Positions 37,137-50,415 are shown, counted from the first letter of the whole stretch. The stretch is DNA of 62,367 nucleotides, filler included, from Sphacelaria rigidula (GCA_964200075.2; 10 parts of 10 records of this genome joined end to end with filler, not necessarily neighbours in it), one strand, 5' to 3'. The notes: generated from the sequence alone by a model not told the origin. Translations and numbers: made by a program.

Positions 37137-38030
37137 CGGCGTGCAATATCATGTGTACACCCCCTATCGTAGGATTACACTGGTGCGGTCACGCTAAAAA
37201 TCCGCGTGTGAGCTATGTCTCGATCATCATTGATCGATTGGTTGATTATCTCACATTAGCTGATTGCAACAATCCAGCCCGTGGTCAGGAGCAGCAAAAA
37301 TAGAATAGAGGGAAATGTACCAATTAAGATACGCTTAAGGCACCTGGCGGGGAAAAATCTATATCTTGGGACCCATGGCACGNNNNNNNNNNNNNNNNNN
37401 NNNNNNNNNNNNNNNNNNNNNNNNNNTTAATTAATTAANNNNNNNNNNNNNNNNNNNNNNNNNNNNNNNNNNNNNNNNNNNNCCCCCCCCAACGCCCCTC
37501 CCCGAAAGGGAGGCGGGGTCAATGGCCAAAACAACAATCCAAACAAAAAAAAAGTACCCCCCCCCCCCCCCCCCCAAGTAGCACAGCACAGCACACACAG
37601 CTCAGCTTACGAGGAGTGTTTGCAGTGGATGCAGCGGAACGGCCGGGTTTCGTCTGACGGCGGCGTGTTGAGGTCGACCATCAGCGTCGGAAGAGTTTCT
37701 CCGTCGAGCGGGCGACCGTTGCGATACCATTGCTGCCTGTCTTCCGGGTTGGTATCGATCGGATGCCACGTTTCGTCCACGCAATGAGTCGAGGGGTGTA
37801 CGTATGCGGATCAAAACGAAGACAAATACCCACAGAGACAAAGCAATTATTTATATCAATAATGTTGTGGGTTCCTCCATGATCCCGGTCGTGATACTTT
37901 ACCACGATCCAAGGATCATTTGAAAACACGCCACAGCGTGGCCGAAACCCGATATCCAACGTGTGCTTCAATGCCCCAAACCTGATCGCAACAACGACCT
38001 AGGCTGCGCACAACTATTACTGAAGCCTTC

Positions 38031-38562
38031 CAAGGACAGGTCGGGGACGGTACACCCGATACTCAGTATTTTGAATAGCCATTCCCTCGGCTGGCAAACA
38101 TTTGGGTAAAGTATTTAAATCGAACGCAGTGTACCCGAAGTTTGGATAGAGCGTTACATCGTACCCAACTTACCAAAATTTTGGGTGAAGGATTGAGGTG
38201 ATACCCAAGTGATACTCTATGCCCAGTTATTGCTGAGAACACTTTACCAAGAGTTGGGTAGAGTATTTGAGGTCGTACCCAATCTACCCAACATTCGGGT
38301 AGAGTATTTGATATCGTACCCAATCTACCCCAAGAATTGGGTAGAGTATATGGGGTCGTCCTCAATCTACCAAAAAATTGGGTAGAGTATTGGGGTTATA
38401 CCCAAGCCATACTCTACACTCAGGTATTGCAGAGAGTGCTTACCCAATATTTGGGTAGAGCATTTGGGGTCGTACCCAATCTACCCGAACCTTGCATAAA
38501 GTGAATGCCCGGGTATTTTACCCGAGTATTCAAAAGGACGTATCCTACCCGACCTTCCCTTC
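38031..38562. mobile_element. hAT-like MITE with an internal hairpin tandem repeat of about 41 bp
   Basis: Imperfect TIRs CAAGGACAGGTCGGG / CCCGACCTTCCCTTC and 8-bp flanks AAGCCTTC / CAGCCTTC. GGGTAGAGTAT units lie at 38256, 38297, 38339 and 38380. Confidence 0.7.
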
Positions 38563-40164
38563 CAGCCTTCCGACCGTACGGTGATCCATACATGCTGGTT
38601 CTGCTCGCTCGCAGTCCATAGGGTTTTGTGAGACGGCCCATCCACAACAACCCGCGATCTTCACATCGTTTCGCTCCGCTCGTGCTGAAACGGTAGCCGC
38701 GCAAAATCGACGGTATCCGTCCGACCACGTCTCGCATGATTCACATAATGGCTGCAACGATTTTCCAGTTTGCTTCGGTCGGGATCCATCTCAACAATTT
38801 CGACGACAGCCCGTTGGAACGTGGCCTGGCATTTGTCTCACGCACAACGCTACGATTGTGAACCGTGTCTTCATACCTCCAGCACCACACGCAGCGTATA
38901 TATACTGTTCCCACCTGTGGGGGGGCCATGCCGTTGCCTCGACTTCGAGTTTGAGTGCCCCTGGTGCATGTCCCACCGGCGGGGGTGTCACTGCGGTGGA
39001 ATGGGACTGGCTCAACACTGCGGGGGATTCCTCCTTCGCCAGAAGAAACTGCACGGCAAAAAACGGCGCATGAATGATGCACGAGGCACAGGCGTGGTCC
39101 AAGGACGGTGGGAACGGCCCGGGGTAGATTTTGGAATCGTCTGCGCCATGTTTGCAGCACGAACGCCGGTTTCGTGGCGCGCTTTTACCGTGGAAACTGC
39201 ACAGGAGCTGCGGTAGTAGCGCAGGAGGTCTTAGAGAATGTGCGAATGCGTGGCATACAGTATTACAGCAGCATTACAGCAGCATTGCAGCAGCGGTGTT
39301 TCGAAGGACACCGGGTGCGGGAGAAGCAGTTTGGGAGGAAGCGATGATGGTATATGGCATTGTGCCGATTGGGCGGGAAACGAGGTGGGGGGGCGGGGGT
39401 GAAAAAGGGTGATTTACGCATCTCGTTTTGGCAACAAATATGTAAATTCGAGTGCGTTTGATTCGTGTGATACGATGTCTAGTTATCTTGTGCACGACAA
39501 TTGCCCCCAGGGGTTCTGTACCCCCAATGCTCTTGTGACTGATCCTGTATCACCTTGATGTGTGTCAAAAGACGGTGGGTCCACGGCGGACACTTGCGGT
39601 AACTTACCCCTTCCATGGGGTGATCAATATCTACATTATAATATCCCCTCATTTCTATAAACCTCTTTGTGAGTTCTCGTGACGAGAGGAGGTTTCACAG
39701 AGGTGATTTGTCCCTGCGAGCTAGCGGTGGGGCCAATGTTTCATCCTTCGTCACGCATCCTTTTGCATGTGTTGGGACGCCCAAACCAACTAGCTTTGCA
39801 GCTGATCCGTCCGTGGGTTCGGAAGACGGCTTGCTTCTCACCTCTCTCCCACCACCATTTTGTGTGTCTAATTGTTACCCGTTCAAGTTAGGCGTTTTTT
39901 TTCTGTTTTTTTTTTATTTTCCCGCCGCGATCGAGCCAGCACTCGATTCCGACCGAGCGGTCACCACGCAATTCAATTTATCCCCTAGCCTCGTCGCCAA
40001 CGCGAAATGGTGACGAGTCCCCGGAAGACACTCGTGGTAATGTACCCCATTATTTTTTGCAACATACACAAAATATCAACACACACATGTGTGTACATGT
40101 ATATATATATATATATTTATATACATCTTGAACTGCAAATACTCTCATTAGTTGTGAAGTGTAC

Positions 40165-42422
40165 CTGAATGCCATTGACGGCCACGCCGACAGTATTTCC
40201 ATAGGTGGACGTGAATGTCACCTTCCACAGTCGGGCAACACTGCTGTTGTCCAACCGCCGCGGTAGTCCGAATTGCTGCCAACCTTTGCTTTCGTTTGCA
40301 AAAAATAGGAAAGAAGAAAACCAGTTGCCCAAGGGGACCGAAAAAAGCGGTGAGTACCTACCTCGTACAGCAGTCAAGGGATTTGGAACAGTTGCGCAAG
40401 TGCTGTCCGCGTGTGTGGATGACACTCCAAGCGATATACCCTTGTTACACTAGGCGATGTAGCGATGGTTTATGGCCTACGATGTCGGGTTTGTTAAGTA
40501 GGCACGGATACGTCGCACATCAGAACTCCAAAGATAAAGTCTCTGAAAGGATTCGGCGAAGACATGATCATGTTTACGTCTCTTGCCCGCTGTTGAACTG
40601 TGCCTTATGCTGAAGAGTAAGTGGGACATAGACGGGGAACAATTAAACCGTCTTGCGCTCCCTTGGTCATACTTCGGGGTCAGCGCGTGATCTCCAGAAA
40701 TAATGTACCGGAGTAGCTGCGGCACGCATCTCACTTCTGTCGTACTTGTGTTCATGGTAACCATGGCAACAGCACAAAACATTCAGCTCCGCACGAAAAA
40801 ACAAATGGTAAGCCGCGAACGATTACTCTGCCAACTAATACCCCGCTTGTTGTGTGCCATACACCACAGCACGGAGCGTGTTCAAGGCTTTCCTTTTTCC
40901 ACCTGCCCTTCCCTCGCCTACCTGCGTGCATGTTGACGTTGAAGGTCCCTGCAAGTGTCCAATTACCAGCTTTGAAATGTCTCTTCGTCTTGCAGCACTC
41001 CACGCGAATCTGCACCACGAATCATCGCAAATGAAGAACGCGAGTAACAACACGCTGTGGTGAAATCCGGAATCCGCATTTGTGGATCATAAAAGTGAGA
41101 ACTAAGTCGTTCCATGGCGAGGTCACTCCTCCCCCTGGTTGCTCAACGCCTTGACATTTCGCAGGTGATCGAGCCCCAAGGTTTCCAAATGGAGTATCGG
41201 TTCGCCTCTCGCGCAGCAGGCAACGTGCCAAACCGCTCTCCAGTCCGAAACAATATGGCGTCGTGGCTGAAAGCCAAGTGTCCCCCGCTAACAAGCCAAT
41301 ATATCCTGCCTATGTCGCTGGAGATGGAGTGAGAAAAAAGAGGTATTTCAAGGTCGGGTTTTTTTTATCCGCCCACTCTGTTCATGGTACAAATCTGACT
41401 GGTGGGATCAATGTAAATTATGGCCGACAGGTGGCGTCGTCCAAGCCAATTATGGAGATGAAGACAGGTACTCTCTCTTGCGCTCCTTCTCGAAGTCAGC
41501 AACGTCTTTCTCGAGTGTGTGACACGTGTGTGTTGTTGTGTTGTCACCCCCATCTATTCGGGACGCCAGTCTACGTCTTTCTGTACATGTGGGCGCATCA
41601 GCCGGGGTCACACAGGAGGAAACCCAACACCGCGATGTTTTTTTGTTTTTAATCCAACTTCCTTCCGCGGCGCTTGCCTTTTTTTTTCGCGAGAGGGGTT
41701 CAGAAGTCCCTTTCCCTCGTCGACGACTCTTGAGTCGATTTTTTTTGTGTGTAGCCACGACATAGGCGCTCTCCACTGTTGGGCATTGTGTGACAAAAAA
41801 ATCCCAGGTCGTGTGACTTCACCGAGATTCGAACCCGCGACCTAACCATCAGAGGGTTCCAAGGTTACCAACTGAGCCACTGGGGCGACCGGCATTGCCG
41901 AGCGCACAAAATTGTCACCTTCGCATTTCATGACGAAGTACATGCTAAGCAGGACGAGCAATGCCATCCTGCGGTAACCATCTGACCTTAGACTCCTTCG
42001 ATGGCCACTTAGACAATCGGTCGGTTTACTGAGTGTCGGCATCAAGCATGAGCAGAGGGTTGAATGCTGGTCGGTCGACTAGTTGACAAGGCATTGCGTT
42101 TCAGGAATTGAAGCGTCGGCCACGGGCTAGCGATCACTGTCATCAATTATCAACAGGGAAGTCCAGAATGTTACAAAGTCGACCGCGGTACATGGGGAAC
42201 AGAGAAATATGGCCCGATTTCTCACCTGCTTTGGGCTGGTAGAGTTTGCCATCGCGAGAAGACGCAACGCCCCTACGGGGCGGTCCGCCCTCAGATCAAA
42301 CGCAATCCATTGGTTGGCTACCTCCCCATGGGGAGAAGACCAGGCAGTGCTTTCTTCCGAAGGGTCGAACACCTTCGAGGAGCATTCGGAAACATGCTTC
42401 AACATCGGTTCTGAGCAAAGGC
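40165..42422 (-). CDS. Three exons encoding an F5/8 type C (discoidin/galactose-binding-like) domain (42422-42226, 41009-40922, 40283-40165)
   Basis: Canonical splice sites and compatible phases (0, 1) give [20 protein letters not shown]...[47 protein letters not shown], the W..QWI.FDL / PK / AR.W pattern of this fold. A possible 23-bp next exon lies at 39630-39608. Confidence 0.8.
41526..41893 (-). mobile_element. tRNA-derived SINE family A, full length (intronic)
   Basis: Consensus-like A box TGGCTCAGTTGG (41879-41868) and B box GGTTCGAATC (41835-41826), a body shared with 19861-20201, and a CAACA-repeat tail. Confidence 0.9.
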
Positions 42423-43399
42423 CTGCCAACATTGAGTCCCCCCCCCCCCTCCCCCCCTCCCCCCCAGTGTACTCGTATCTTGTACACAATGGTAAGTGAT
42501 GACGTAAATAGAAAAACGAAAAAAAAAAACGGTGTCTATAAGTCAAAGTGATCCTATAGATGCGTACTAGAAAGTGCGACCCCAAAGAAGACGGTGATAT
42601 TGGGTTTTAACGTTGCACTGTGTCGTGCGGTCGATTATCTAAGATAACACCCCCCCCGTCCCGGGTGTTCTTCAAAACGCGAGGTTCGAAATAGGGAAGG
42701 CCCTTCACAACCATAAACCTTCAGGTTAAGAGAAACGTTGATGGGAATCTTCCAATAATAACTGTTTCGCCATCACCATCTTCGCCGTCATGGAGATTGA
42801 GCCGTGACAAATACCCCGTAATCTACGGACCGCAGCTCATGGCAACGAGTACACGTGAAGAATAAAAAATACGGGGAAAGGGTCCTACCACTGTACTCCG
42901 GAAAGTGTCATTAAACACAATGTGAAAAATGAGCAGAAAAACGATTCAGCCCAAAGAGGAACTATCTCAGGGTGTTTACTCTCGTCATCCTTCCCTCTAG
43001 TCAGTGTATTTTCGTTTTGTTCTCACCAAGCAGTTGGCAGCACTATAGAGGGGATCGGAGCAGCCCGAGCTTCCTACCACCTTGACCGTCCTACATATTT
43101 CGAGGCGGAGAGAAAGCAGAGGGCGATACGCAATCGTTAGTTAGGATACATGAGTACGCGAAAGCTTCGCAAGTTGTCGACCTCGGTATGCACGGCTAAA
43201 TGTGACTTTGACCCCTCATGGTTGAAAACATGTGTATGCAGGAACTTCAGGATACACGCGGGAAAAGCAATGCTGAATGCGTGCTATCGTGTTGGATCTG
43301 ATCCTACCATAGGGGGGCGGTTGCACGACAAAAAAGGTGTCACGACTGTGTTACACGACTTCACAGACTATCTTACTGCTGGACTTCTGAATGGGCGAA

Positions 43400-43629
43400 A
43401 ATGGTGTCAAGTGGTTCGAGAAGGAATTGGCATTGGTAATGAGAGCATTCATATGGATTTTTCTGCTTTCAGTGACGTTTCAAGGGACGACAACTGACTC
43501 AACCCCCATTGCTGTCTCTGGACGTGGCGAAACCGCAGAATAAAGCAACTCATTGGAGGGTGTCATCCAGATGCAAGATAACCAGTAGGCTTCGGGCCGA
43601 ACAATCTTTGCAGGATGCAGCTCACCCTT
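43400..43629 (+). mobile_element. Possible highly decayed non-LTR RT fragment
   Basis: With frameshifts it reads DN*..PIA.. and NQ..RAEQSLQDA, resembling the NYRPIAL and Q.GFR..RS..D motifs of LINE RT. The match is weak. Confidence 0.3.
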
Positions 43630-43741
43630 NNNNNNNNNNNNNNNNNNNNNNNNNNNNNNNNNNNNNNNNNNNNTTAATTAATTAANNNNNNNNNNNNNNN
43701 NNNNNNNNNNNNNNNNNNNNNNNNNNNNNAGGGGGGGAGGG

Positions 43742-43796
<55 letters not shown>

Positions 43797-43979
43797 GGGG
43801 AGACATCGTCCGCGAAAAGAGTACGCGATACTTGCATCGTGACTCAGCCCGTCCGTGGCGCAGCGTCAACACCGTGCTTTTCCTGTTGTCACCCTTCCCC
43901 ACCACCACCACCATGCAACAAATGAGTACGCTACCCCCCCCCCCACCCCCTCCCCCCCCTACCACCATCCATGTGACAG

Positions 43980-44068
43980 ACGGGACTCTCAGAACTGACG
44001 ACGAGGCCGTGCTGCAGCATTTGTCGTTCCCGGTGCTGCATAGAAAAATTGTGTACATGGCTGGAAAG
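43980..44068 (+). CDS. Orphan candidate exon (GTLRTDDEAVLQHLSFPVLHRKIVYMAGK)
   Basis: CAG/GT boundaries after a C-rich tract and an open frame. No family recognised. Confidence 0.35.
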
Positions 44069-44704
44069 GTCGAGGCGCGTTGAAAAGGGAGACAATCGCT
44101 TGTCAGCTTGTTCCGGAACCTTTCAAGATGTTCGTCACACAGTCGTTCGTACAATGATATAATCATTTGAAAACTGCATTTTACGCCATTTTTTTTTCTT
44201 TCTGAGAAGCCTGCTATATCGTTGTTGGGCTAGCCACACACGGGCAAGCAACAGAACCTAGGGCTTCCATCCGGGTGGTGATTGTTGGGGAGAGGGGGAG
44301 GGGGGGATGGGGGAGGGGTTGTACTCATGATCATGCATGCCTGGTCATAAGACCATTGACCTCGCATCCCTACAAAGCCGGAACGGAGCACGCCGGGTTT
44401 AGGGGGGGCAGGCATAGGGCCTCACTATGAACAGCTTTCACACATCCAGGACCCTTCATGTTTCACAAAAATAAGACAAAAACGTGTTGTGAATCGTCAA
44501 CGCACCACACTATGTGAGCACACCACTTGACTTTTTTATTTAATACGTTCGTGTGTGCATAGCATGTTCATTGATGTCCTGATGATGACGTGTGTGAAAA
44601 AAAACTCCGCCGTTGCTACTGCTACGTATTTGGCCAACTTCGTTGACATGAGACGAAATATCGAAAAACACTTGACGCAGAGAAATATCGCAACGTCAAC
44701 TCAC

Positions 44705-44880
44705 CCGGTGGTATGGGTGATGTACATGCGAGATATCATTCCGAACACCATGGCCAGAACAAGCGTTCCTATGCCGAAGTCACTGTGTTCTTCCTCGTGC
44801 GATTCGCCCTCAACCCCTGCCTCGCTGCCGTGGCTCGAGGTGAGCCCTTCCTCGGTGGAAGTGGTGAAAAAGCTCGACAT
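44705..44880 (-). CDS. First coding exon of a membrane protein, probably a CPA1/SOS1-like Na+/H+ antiporter
   Basis: MSSFFTTSTEEG..ESHEEEHSDFGIGTLVLAMVFGMISRMYITHTTG followed by a GTGAGT donor. An acidic/His leader plus a TM helix resembles SOS1 TM1 (LVLGIASRHLLRGTRVPYT). Confidence 0.55.
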
Positions 44881-45299
44881 CTCTGCGCGCCGCTATTTTA
44901 CCCTACACCCTTATTTTCCCCTCTGCCCGGGCTGATCAAGACTCTTGCTTTCCCCGAAAGTCCGCCCGCCGTGATTTTCTCACACCGCTGCAGCTGCGTT
45001 TAGCTCAAACGCCGTGTTTCTGCAAAAAAATCCGTTTCGTGTGTGTATGGGGGGGGGGGGGGGGGGGGGTTATGGGGGCAGCGTTTAGCTACTCACGAAT
45101 GAACATGGAGCTGCACAAGGGCTGCGGGATGGATTATGATACATGTGATTCCACAAGTCTTGCATTAGCACGGTTCAGTTGTTTCATACCTACAGTTGGT
45201 GTTTGCGACTCTCACATGATCTCCCATTGTCGACAAGATCGCATCAACGTACGTGGTGGTTCTGGGGCCTGCGGTGGGCGAAGTGTTCTCGGCCGTTAA

Positions 45300-45398
45300 C
45301 CCTTAGACAGCGAGATTAGTCTTTCTGGATCATGCATACTTTTTTTTCACTTGAAATTGATGCCGATTCAACAGAAGACTAACCTCGCGGTCTAAGGG
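45300..45398. mobile_element. piggyBac-like MITE of about 98 bp, copy 1
   Basis: TTAA-CCCTTAGACAGCGAGATTAGTCTT ... AAGACTAACCTCGCGGTCTAAGGG-TTGA. Confidence 0.9.
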
Positions 45399-46357
45399 TT
45401 GAGGTTGTGACTAGCTCTGAAGTGCGCCATTATACAACGATATTACAGTACAGTAGGGTACAGTACAGTTGCCGTGCACTTCATGGTAACACACGGTAAC
45501 CTACATCTAGGCCTCAGGTAGGCGACGGACCTAGTGCCGTCCAAGTGTGAAAGCAATGGAGACCTCTGCGTGCCGTGCTTTGTCAAGGAGCAGATCGGGG
45601 AGTTCGGGGGAAAAGGGCGAAGGGGCGAAGGGGCAAAGGGGGGTGATCCCGTAGACCTGCTGTCACGAACAAGTCACGAACAACCCGTGCGGTCAAGCGT
45701 GTAGAGTCGTGGTCTTGCAGGACTTCAACCAACGTTGATTTATGAGCAGTATGTAAAACCCACGATGCTGTGGGACAACACGGGACACGGACTGTTGTTG
45801 AAGGAACGAAGATGTGATGGGCCCTTTGCTCCCAAGCACTATGTGTGGCGCCTGCCGTGACAGCAACACGCCGTCATGCTGTCAAGTCTGGCTGCGGAGG
45901 AGCTTTGGCGGAAACGGCAACGATTCCCGGGTTTTGTCGTCATCAAATGACACCGCAACCCGAGAGACGACGGTCTGTGCGGGCAATGTTTCCGCAGCTT
46001 TCACCGTCCCGAGCTGTTGACAGAAAAAAGAGCAGTGACTATTGTACAGTACGTGAGACGGCCATCTCGTCATGAGGGCAGCTTAGGTGCGAATTGTATC
46101 CCGTCGGGAACTGTCATACTACGCTGACGGTGCGAAACCGCCATCCTGAAAGCCAGCGATACCCACGCTCCACAAATCACCTCCTCCCTCGGGACACGAC
46201 TTGGTTCACAGCCTGCAGTGACGACTGCAGCGCCCTGGGCACCCTTCACACAAGTGCCGTAATGTACAGTCTGTTGTGAGGTCACCTTTCCACCCTCCTG
46301 CCCTCCCTACTTCAAGACATCGAAGGGGTGAAGACTACAACTGTGGATGATACATAC

Positions 46358-46655
46358 CTGTGCGTGATTGCTGCGGGGTGGCGCCAGGAGGCAGCGGGGG
46401 CAGGCCCAGCGCCGGAAGGTCCGTTCCAACAACTTCACTTTTTGAAAGCTGAAAACTTGCTCTCTGCCATCATGGCCGATTCGAACCTAAGAAAGAACTA
46501 AATCGAACTCAGATTTTAGAACGAAAGTAGAACCAGTACTGAATGGAAAACCAAATTCCCTGCCTTCATGCCCTACAAAATAGTTCCACAGACGCAGTAC
46601 GTCGTATTTCATTTCTTTATACAGCTGCAGTGCGTTATTTTGGGTATAGTCACCT
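46358..46655 (-). CDS. Two candidate exons of an unidentified protein (approximate limits)
   Basis: DYTQNNALQLYKEMKYDVLRLWNYFVGHE (needs a GC donor) then AFKSEVVGTDLPALGLPPLPPGATPQQSRT with a GTATGT donor. Phases are compatible. Confidence 0.3.
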
Positions 46656-48223
46656 ATGACCACGGAACGCGTCCTCATCAGATGCTCGATACGGAAATAT
46701 AATTACTGCGCAGACATCGGAACGGTTTTTAATGTGAGCCCGTGTGAGCACAACAGCAATAGATATCATGGATGATGACACGCTGTGAGCTACGGTAAGC
46801 CTCCACACTCCTCAAATAATCTCCCATCCATTCACTGCGCATTATCGTATACCTTGATGGTTCAAGCTTCGCGTCCCGATCATCGTGTCATCTGCGCATG
46901 CCTTTATTACTGACGAAGTGAACAATAAAAATACGCGCCAATCCTGAGTCTACCGTTCAATTTTTTTGTCAGACGAAGGGAATAATAACCATTTTTCATG
47001 CGACTCTACTTACTCGTTATGTACATGTTCCATCACATTTTCCGTTAATTTTTTAAGTTCGGAAACGCGCATGACTACCCATCTGCATGTTGTTGTTGCC
47101 TTCGCATATTTAGAGAAAATGTCCCAATATCTGCGCACAATACTCTGGACTGGGGATGTGATGCGGACACCTTTCTTCCGTGGTCACAGGGGCTAAATAT
47201 AGAGTGTGAGATATAGTAGGGGAAAAAAGAAGAATCGGACCAGAAAAAATCCACGCAGACGCGGTACAAAGAAAAATATAGAAAGAAGACTGAAAAAGCA
47301 CTGCTAATCTTGCAAGTTCCGGTACCGCAAACGACCATTCGGGCTACTGGAGGCAGGACCTTGCAGGGCCCAATCATTGCAATGATCCACTAAACAACAA
47401 CAAACGCGATCGAGGGCACCCGAGGCCAACCGCATATTTTTGTTCTGCTGTGCACGTTTTCGCATCTGATCATTATCATGGATGTGTACTTATGAGTAAA
47501 ATATGAGAGAAGAGTGGGTGGTAGCTTCACGCGACACCATAACGCCGGTCAAGAGCATACCACATGCTACACTCATTCACGCCGGTCTGCAGCGGGAGGT
47601 GATCGCTCTCGACATCGAAACAGCGCCAGAAGAGACCCGCTCGATCGCTTCTCGCTCGTCCTCTGAAATATATTATCATTTTCCCACCAAACGCGTGGAC
47701 CAGATTCTTCCTCCGCTACTTGGGGAAATTCAACAGCGCAGTTTGAACAGCAAGCTGCGGTCGCTGAGCTCGTGCTCGACAATAGATTAGTGAGTTGCCA
47801 GTTGCCAAGTTCCCAGACTGCAAACAATCCCAATAATAGCGCCGTGCGTAAATTTGTGACATTTTCAGGTTGCATTGTCATGTCTTGTCATCCTTCACCG
47901 ACTGGAATGGAATAAAACTCAGGCGAGTCGCGTGGCAATGAACCCGCTTTTTATCTTGACAGTCCTCTACACCGGCCTTTTGTGTTGTTTGTACTGTTGT
48001 GTTCCCACGCGCGGCAGCTGATGACTGATGTACGCTCTCTCGTAAAAGATATCTGGAGCGTTACAAAAGAGGGACTTGGATCGCATTCGATACGCGTTGT
48101 GTCGCGGAAAACTTTGATATAACAGCTGGCAACAGCAAGCGGACTGACACAGCCGAAGGTCGAAATTGATTGTGGCGATAAAATCAGCATGGCGGATCGC
48201 AAGCGCAATCGCTCTCCCTCTCC

Positions 48224-48225
<2 letters not shown>

Positions 48226-48264
<39 letters not shown>
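48226..48264. repeat. (GT)n microsatellite
   Basis: Perfect GT dinucleotide run. Confidence 0.95.
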
Positions 48265-48265
<1 letters not shown>

Positions 48266-48479
48266 ATGTTCTGTCAGAGCCATGGGCGCGGATGCAGCAA
48301 TGCGTTTCACGAGATTGCACCTCACGACTCTTATTGCTTGTACTTGCACAGCAGTTCTTCTGTCAGACACGTGACAGGCAGTGTAGTAGTTGATGTTTTT
48401 TTCAAACGATGCGAAGCGGTGAAACGAACCAACAAACAAATTAGGCTAGGGCTGTGAACTGGCTGCTCTGGCCAGTTAA

Positions 48480-48577
48480 CCCTTAGATCGCGAGATTAGT
48501 CTTTCTGGATCATGTATACTTTTTTTCACTTGAAATTGATGCCGATTCAACAGAAGACTAACCTCGCGGTCTAAGGG
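48480..48577. mobile_element. piggyBac-like MITE of about 98 bp, copy 2
   Basis: Perfect TTAA on both sides, CCCTTAGA...TCTAAGGG, nearly identical to 45300-45398. Confidence 0.92.
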
Positions 48578-48868
48578 TTAAGTTTAAACTGGCCGCGCCA
48601 GCGGCCCGTACATCGATTGTTTTCCAGTTTATCGGCTTCGCCGATTTCGAGCTGCCAACGGCCCTCCCCGGCTGGTGAGGGAGCCCCGCGCGAGCGCCGC
48701 CAGAGGCGAGAAAAATTGCGTTATTTGGCTTGTTTTTCCTTCAAAAGTTTGGAAAGTTGTGGAAAATTTGACCCCTCACATTGAGGCCGCTTCTTTTAGA
48801 CTTGGAAAAATATCTGAGAAAAGTCATTTTGGTCAGTCTCCAGAGACTGTTTTCAGAACGCGACCTCA

Positions 48869-49040
48869 GGCCAACTCTCATGAGAGCGTTTAGAATTTTA
48901 TTTTGCAATAATATTAAACGCCATTTTTTTTTCTTTGCCGTGGTGGTGTATTTTGCGCCCGTTCACCATGATGACAGAAAAAAAAACTCCTCTGAAATTG
49001 TTGCAAAATAAAATTACAAACGCTCCCACAAGGGTTGACC
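48869..49040. mobile_element. PIF/Harbinger (Tourist-like) MITE, copy 2
   Basis: TCA-GGCCAACTCTCATGAGAGCGTT ... AACGCTCCCACAAGGGTTGACC-TTA. Confidence 0.85.
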
Positions 49041-49997
49041 TTAAAGGGCCATTTTTCATGAAAAAAGCCTCTGGAAATTGGGCAAATCGAAGGTGTACTG
49101 GGACAGAATTTGCTTAATTAAATTAGCGGGCGAAGCCCGAATCACGAGCCAAACCTCCCACACACAGATAACGGTAACCCGAAGTGAAATGACAGAAGCG
49201 CGACTGTGGCCGAGTGTTCAAACTCGGCACTGGCCTAAAATTGAAGATCTATCCACGATCAGACGAGGGACTAAAACATGGGACACGTCCTGTTTCACTA
49301 TTGTACCGCAGCGAAAACACTCAAGCCTTCCCTCATGTGTTGGAGCACCCTCTGTCTGTTGTGTTGTGGTGTGTTCACGCATTGCGAAGACGGTTTGGAT
49401 TGCATGAGCTGCGATATTGTTGTGTTCGTCTCTCCAGAAAACAATGTTAGTCGACACGCAGTGCTGGCTGCACACTGTTGAGAGCTTCATGGGTGAGTTG
49501 ACTGTTTCGTCTTCGTTAAGACGAACAACGCGCTGTCCGTTGCTACGACACCCCTGCTGGTGCCGTGCGTTGGGCCCCTGTACTGTACCGTACTGTTGTA
49601 CTGTGTTCGGTATACAATACTGTATCATCTATGATACTGTATTTGTCTGAAACGCGCTACGAGTTAGACCGCACAGCAGTTGGTTTTAGATTACTCCCCT
49701 GGCGATTCCCAAGCGAAATGGAGCGATATGATTGGTAAGTTACCGAGCGATCTGTCCCGCTCCAAATGCAGTCTGCCGGAAATTGGCGACAAATCGCAGA
49801 CAGCGGGATTTTGCGAAACTGCCGTTCCATCACACATTCCTCGCACACCGCACCCGCAATGGTACAGTCAGTGCTNNNNNNNNNNNNNNNNNNNNNNNNN
49901 NNNNNNNNNNNNNNNNNNNTTAATTAATTAANNNNNNNNNNNNNNNNNNNNNNNNNNNNNNNNNNNNNNNNNNNNCAGCGGTCAACCTTTTTCTCCC

Positions 49998-50070
49998 TTC
50001 TGGGCAATCAGGCCGAAGAAATCGTGGATTTGGTGATTCGTAGTCGTGATGATTCGTCCTAACCGTGGAT
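49998..50070. repeat. Dispersed repeat, reverse complement of about 24815-24888
   Basis: GGCAATCAGGCCGAAGAAATCGTG.ATTTGGTGATT..AGTCGTGATGATT is present at both contig ends. Confidence 0.75.
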
Positions 50071-50289
50071 TGTTCTCGCCAGTATCGCCCATATGAGGGG
50101 CTTCATAAAGTCTGAAACTGATCATCGTGCGCCGTATGGCCATTTTTTTTGTGCAAGTTTTGGGGCTGGTTCGGGGGGAAATTATACCGGCATCACCGCA
50201 TGAATGCTGTTGTTTATGGCACCGTATAGCGGCGCCTGACTCCCGTTGCCCGCAGGAACACTTCCTTTGGCACCGTGGCAGTCTCTAGT

Positions 50290-50415
50290 GTAGACGTAAC
50301 GAGTACCGAATTATTGGAGGTCTCTCTACTAGGAATAGGAGCGGTGCTCCATCTCGAAAGGGATGCGTAATCAATGGTCAAACGACTGAGGCAAGCAACA
50401 AAGCTGTACGCCCCC
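50290..50415 (+). mobile_element. 3' terminal fragment of the non-LTR family
   Basis: GGAGGTCTCTCTACTAGG..CGGTGCTCCATCTCGAAAGGGATGCG..TCAATGGTCAAACGACT..GTACGCCCCC. Confidence 0.8.

Noticed and set aside
41815..41893. Functional tRNA genes (also 58541-58615, 19861-19930, and B-box motifs near 21367 and 24497)
   Set aside because: A/B boxes are present but I could not form a complete cloverleaf. The main cases continue into shared SINE bodies.
43730..43800. About 70-nt G run, poly-Pro ORF or functional G-quadruplex
   Set aside because: It lies at a contig edge where homopolymer length is unreliable. Similar runs sit at several other contig ends.
47503..47881. Coding exon near 47570-47790
   Set aside because: Frames are open on both strands with no recognisable motif, so strand and boundaries cannot be supported.
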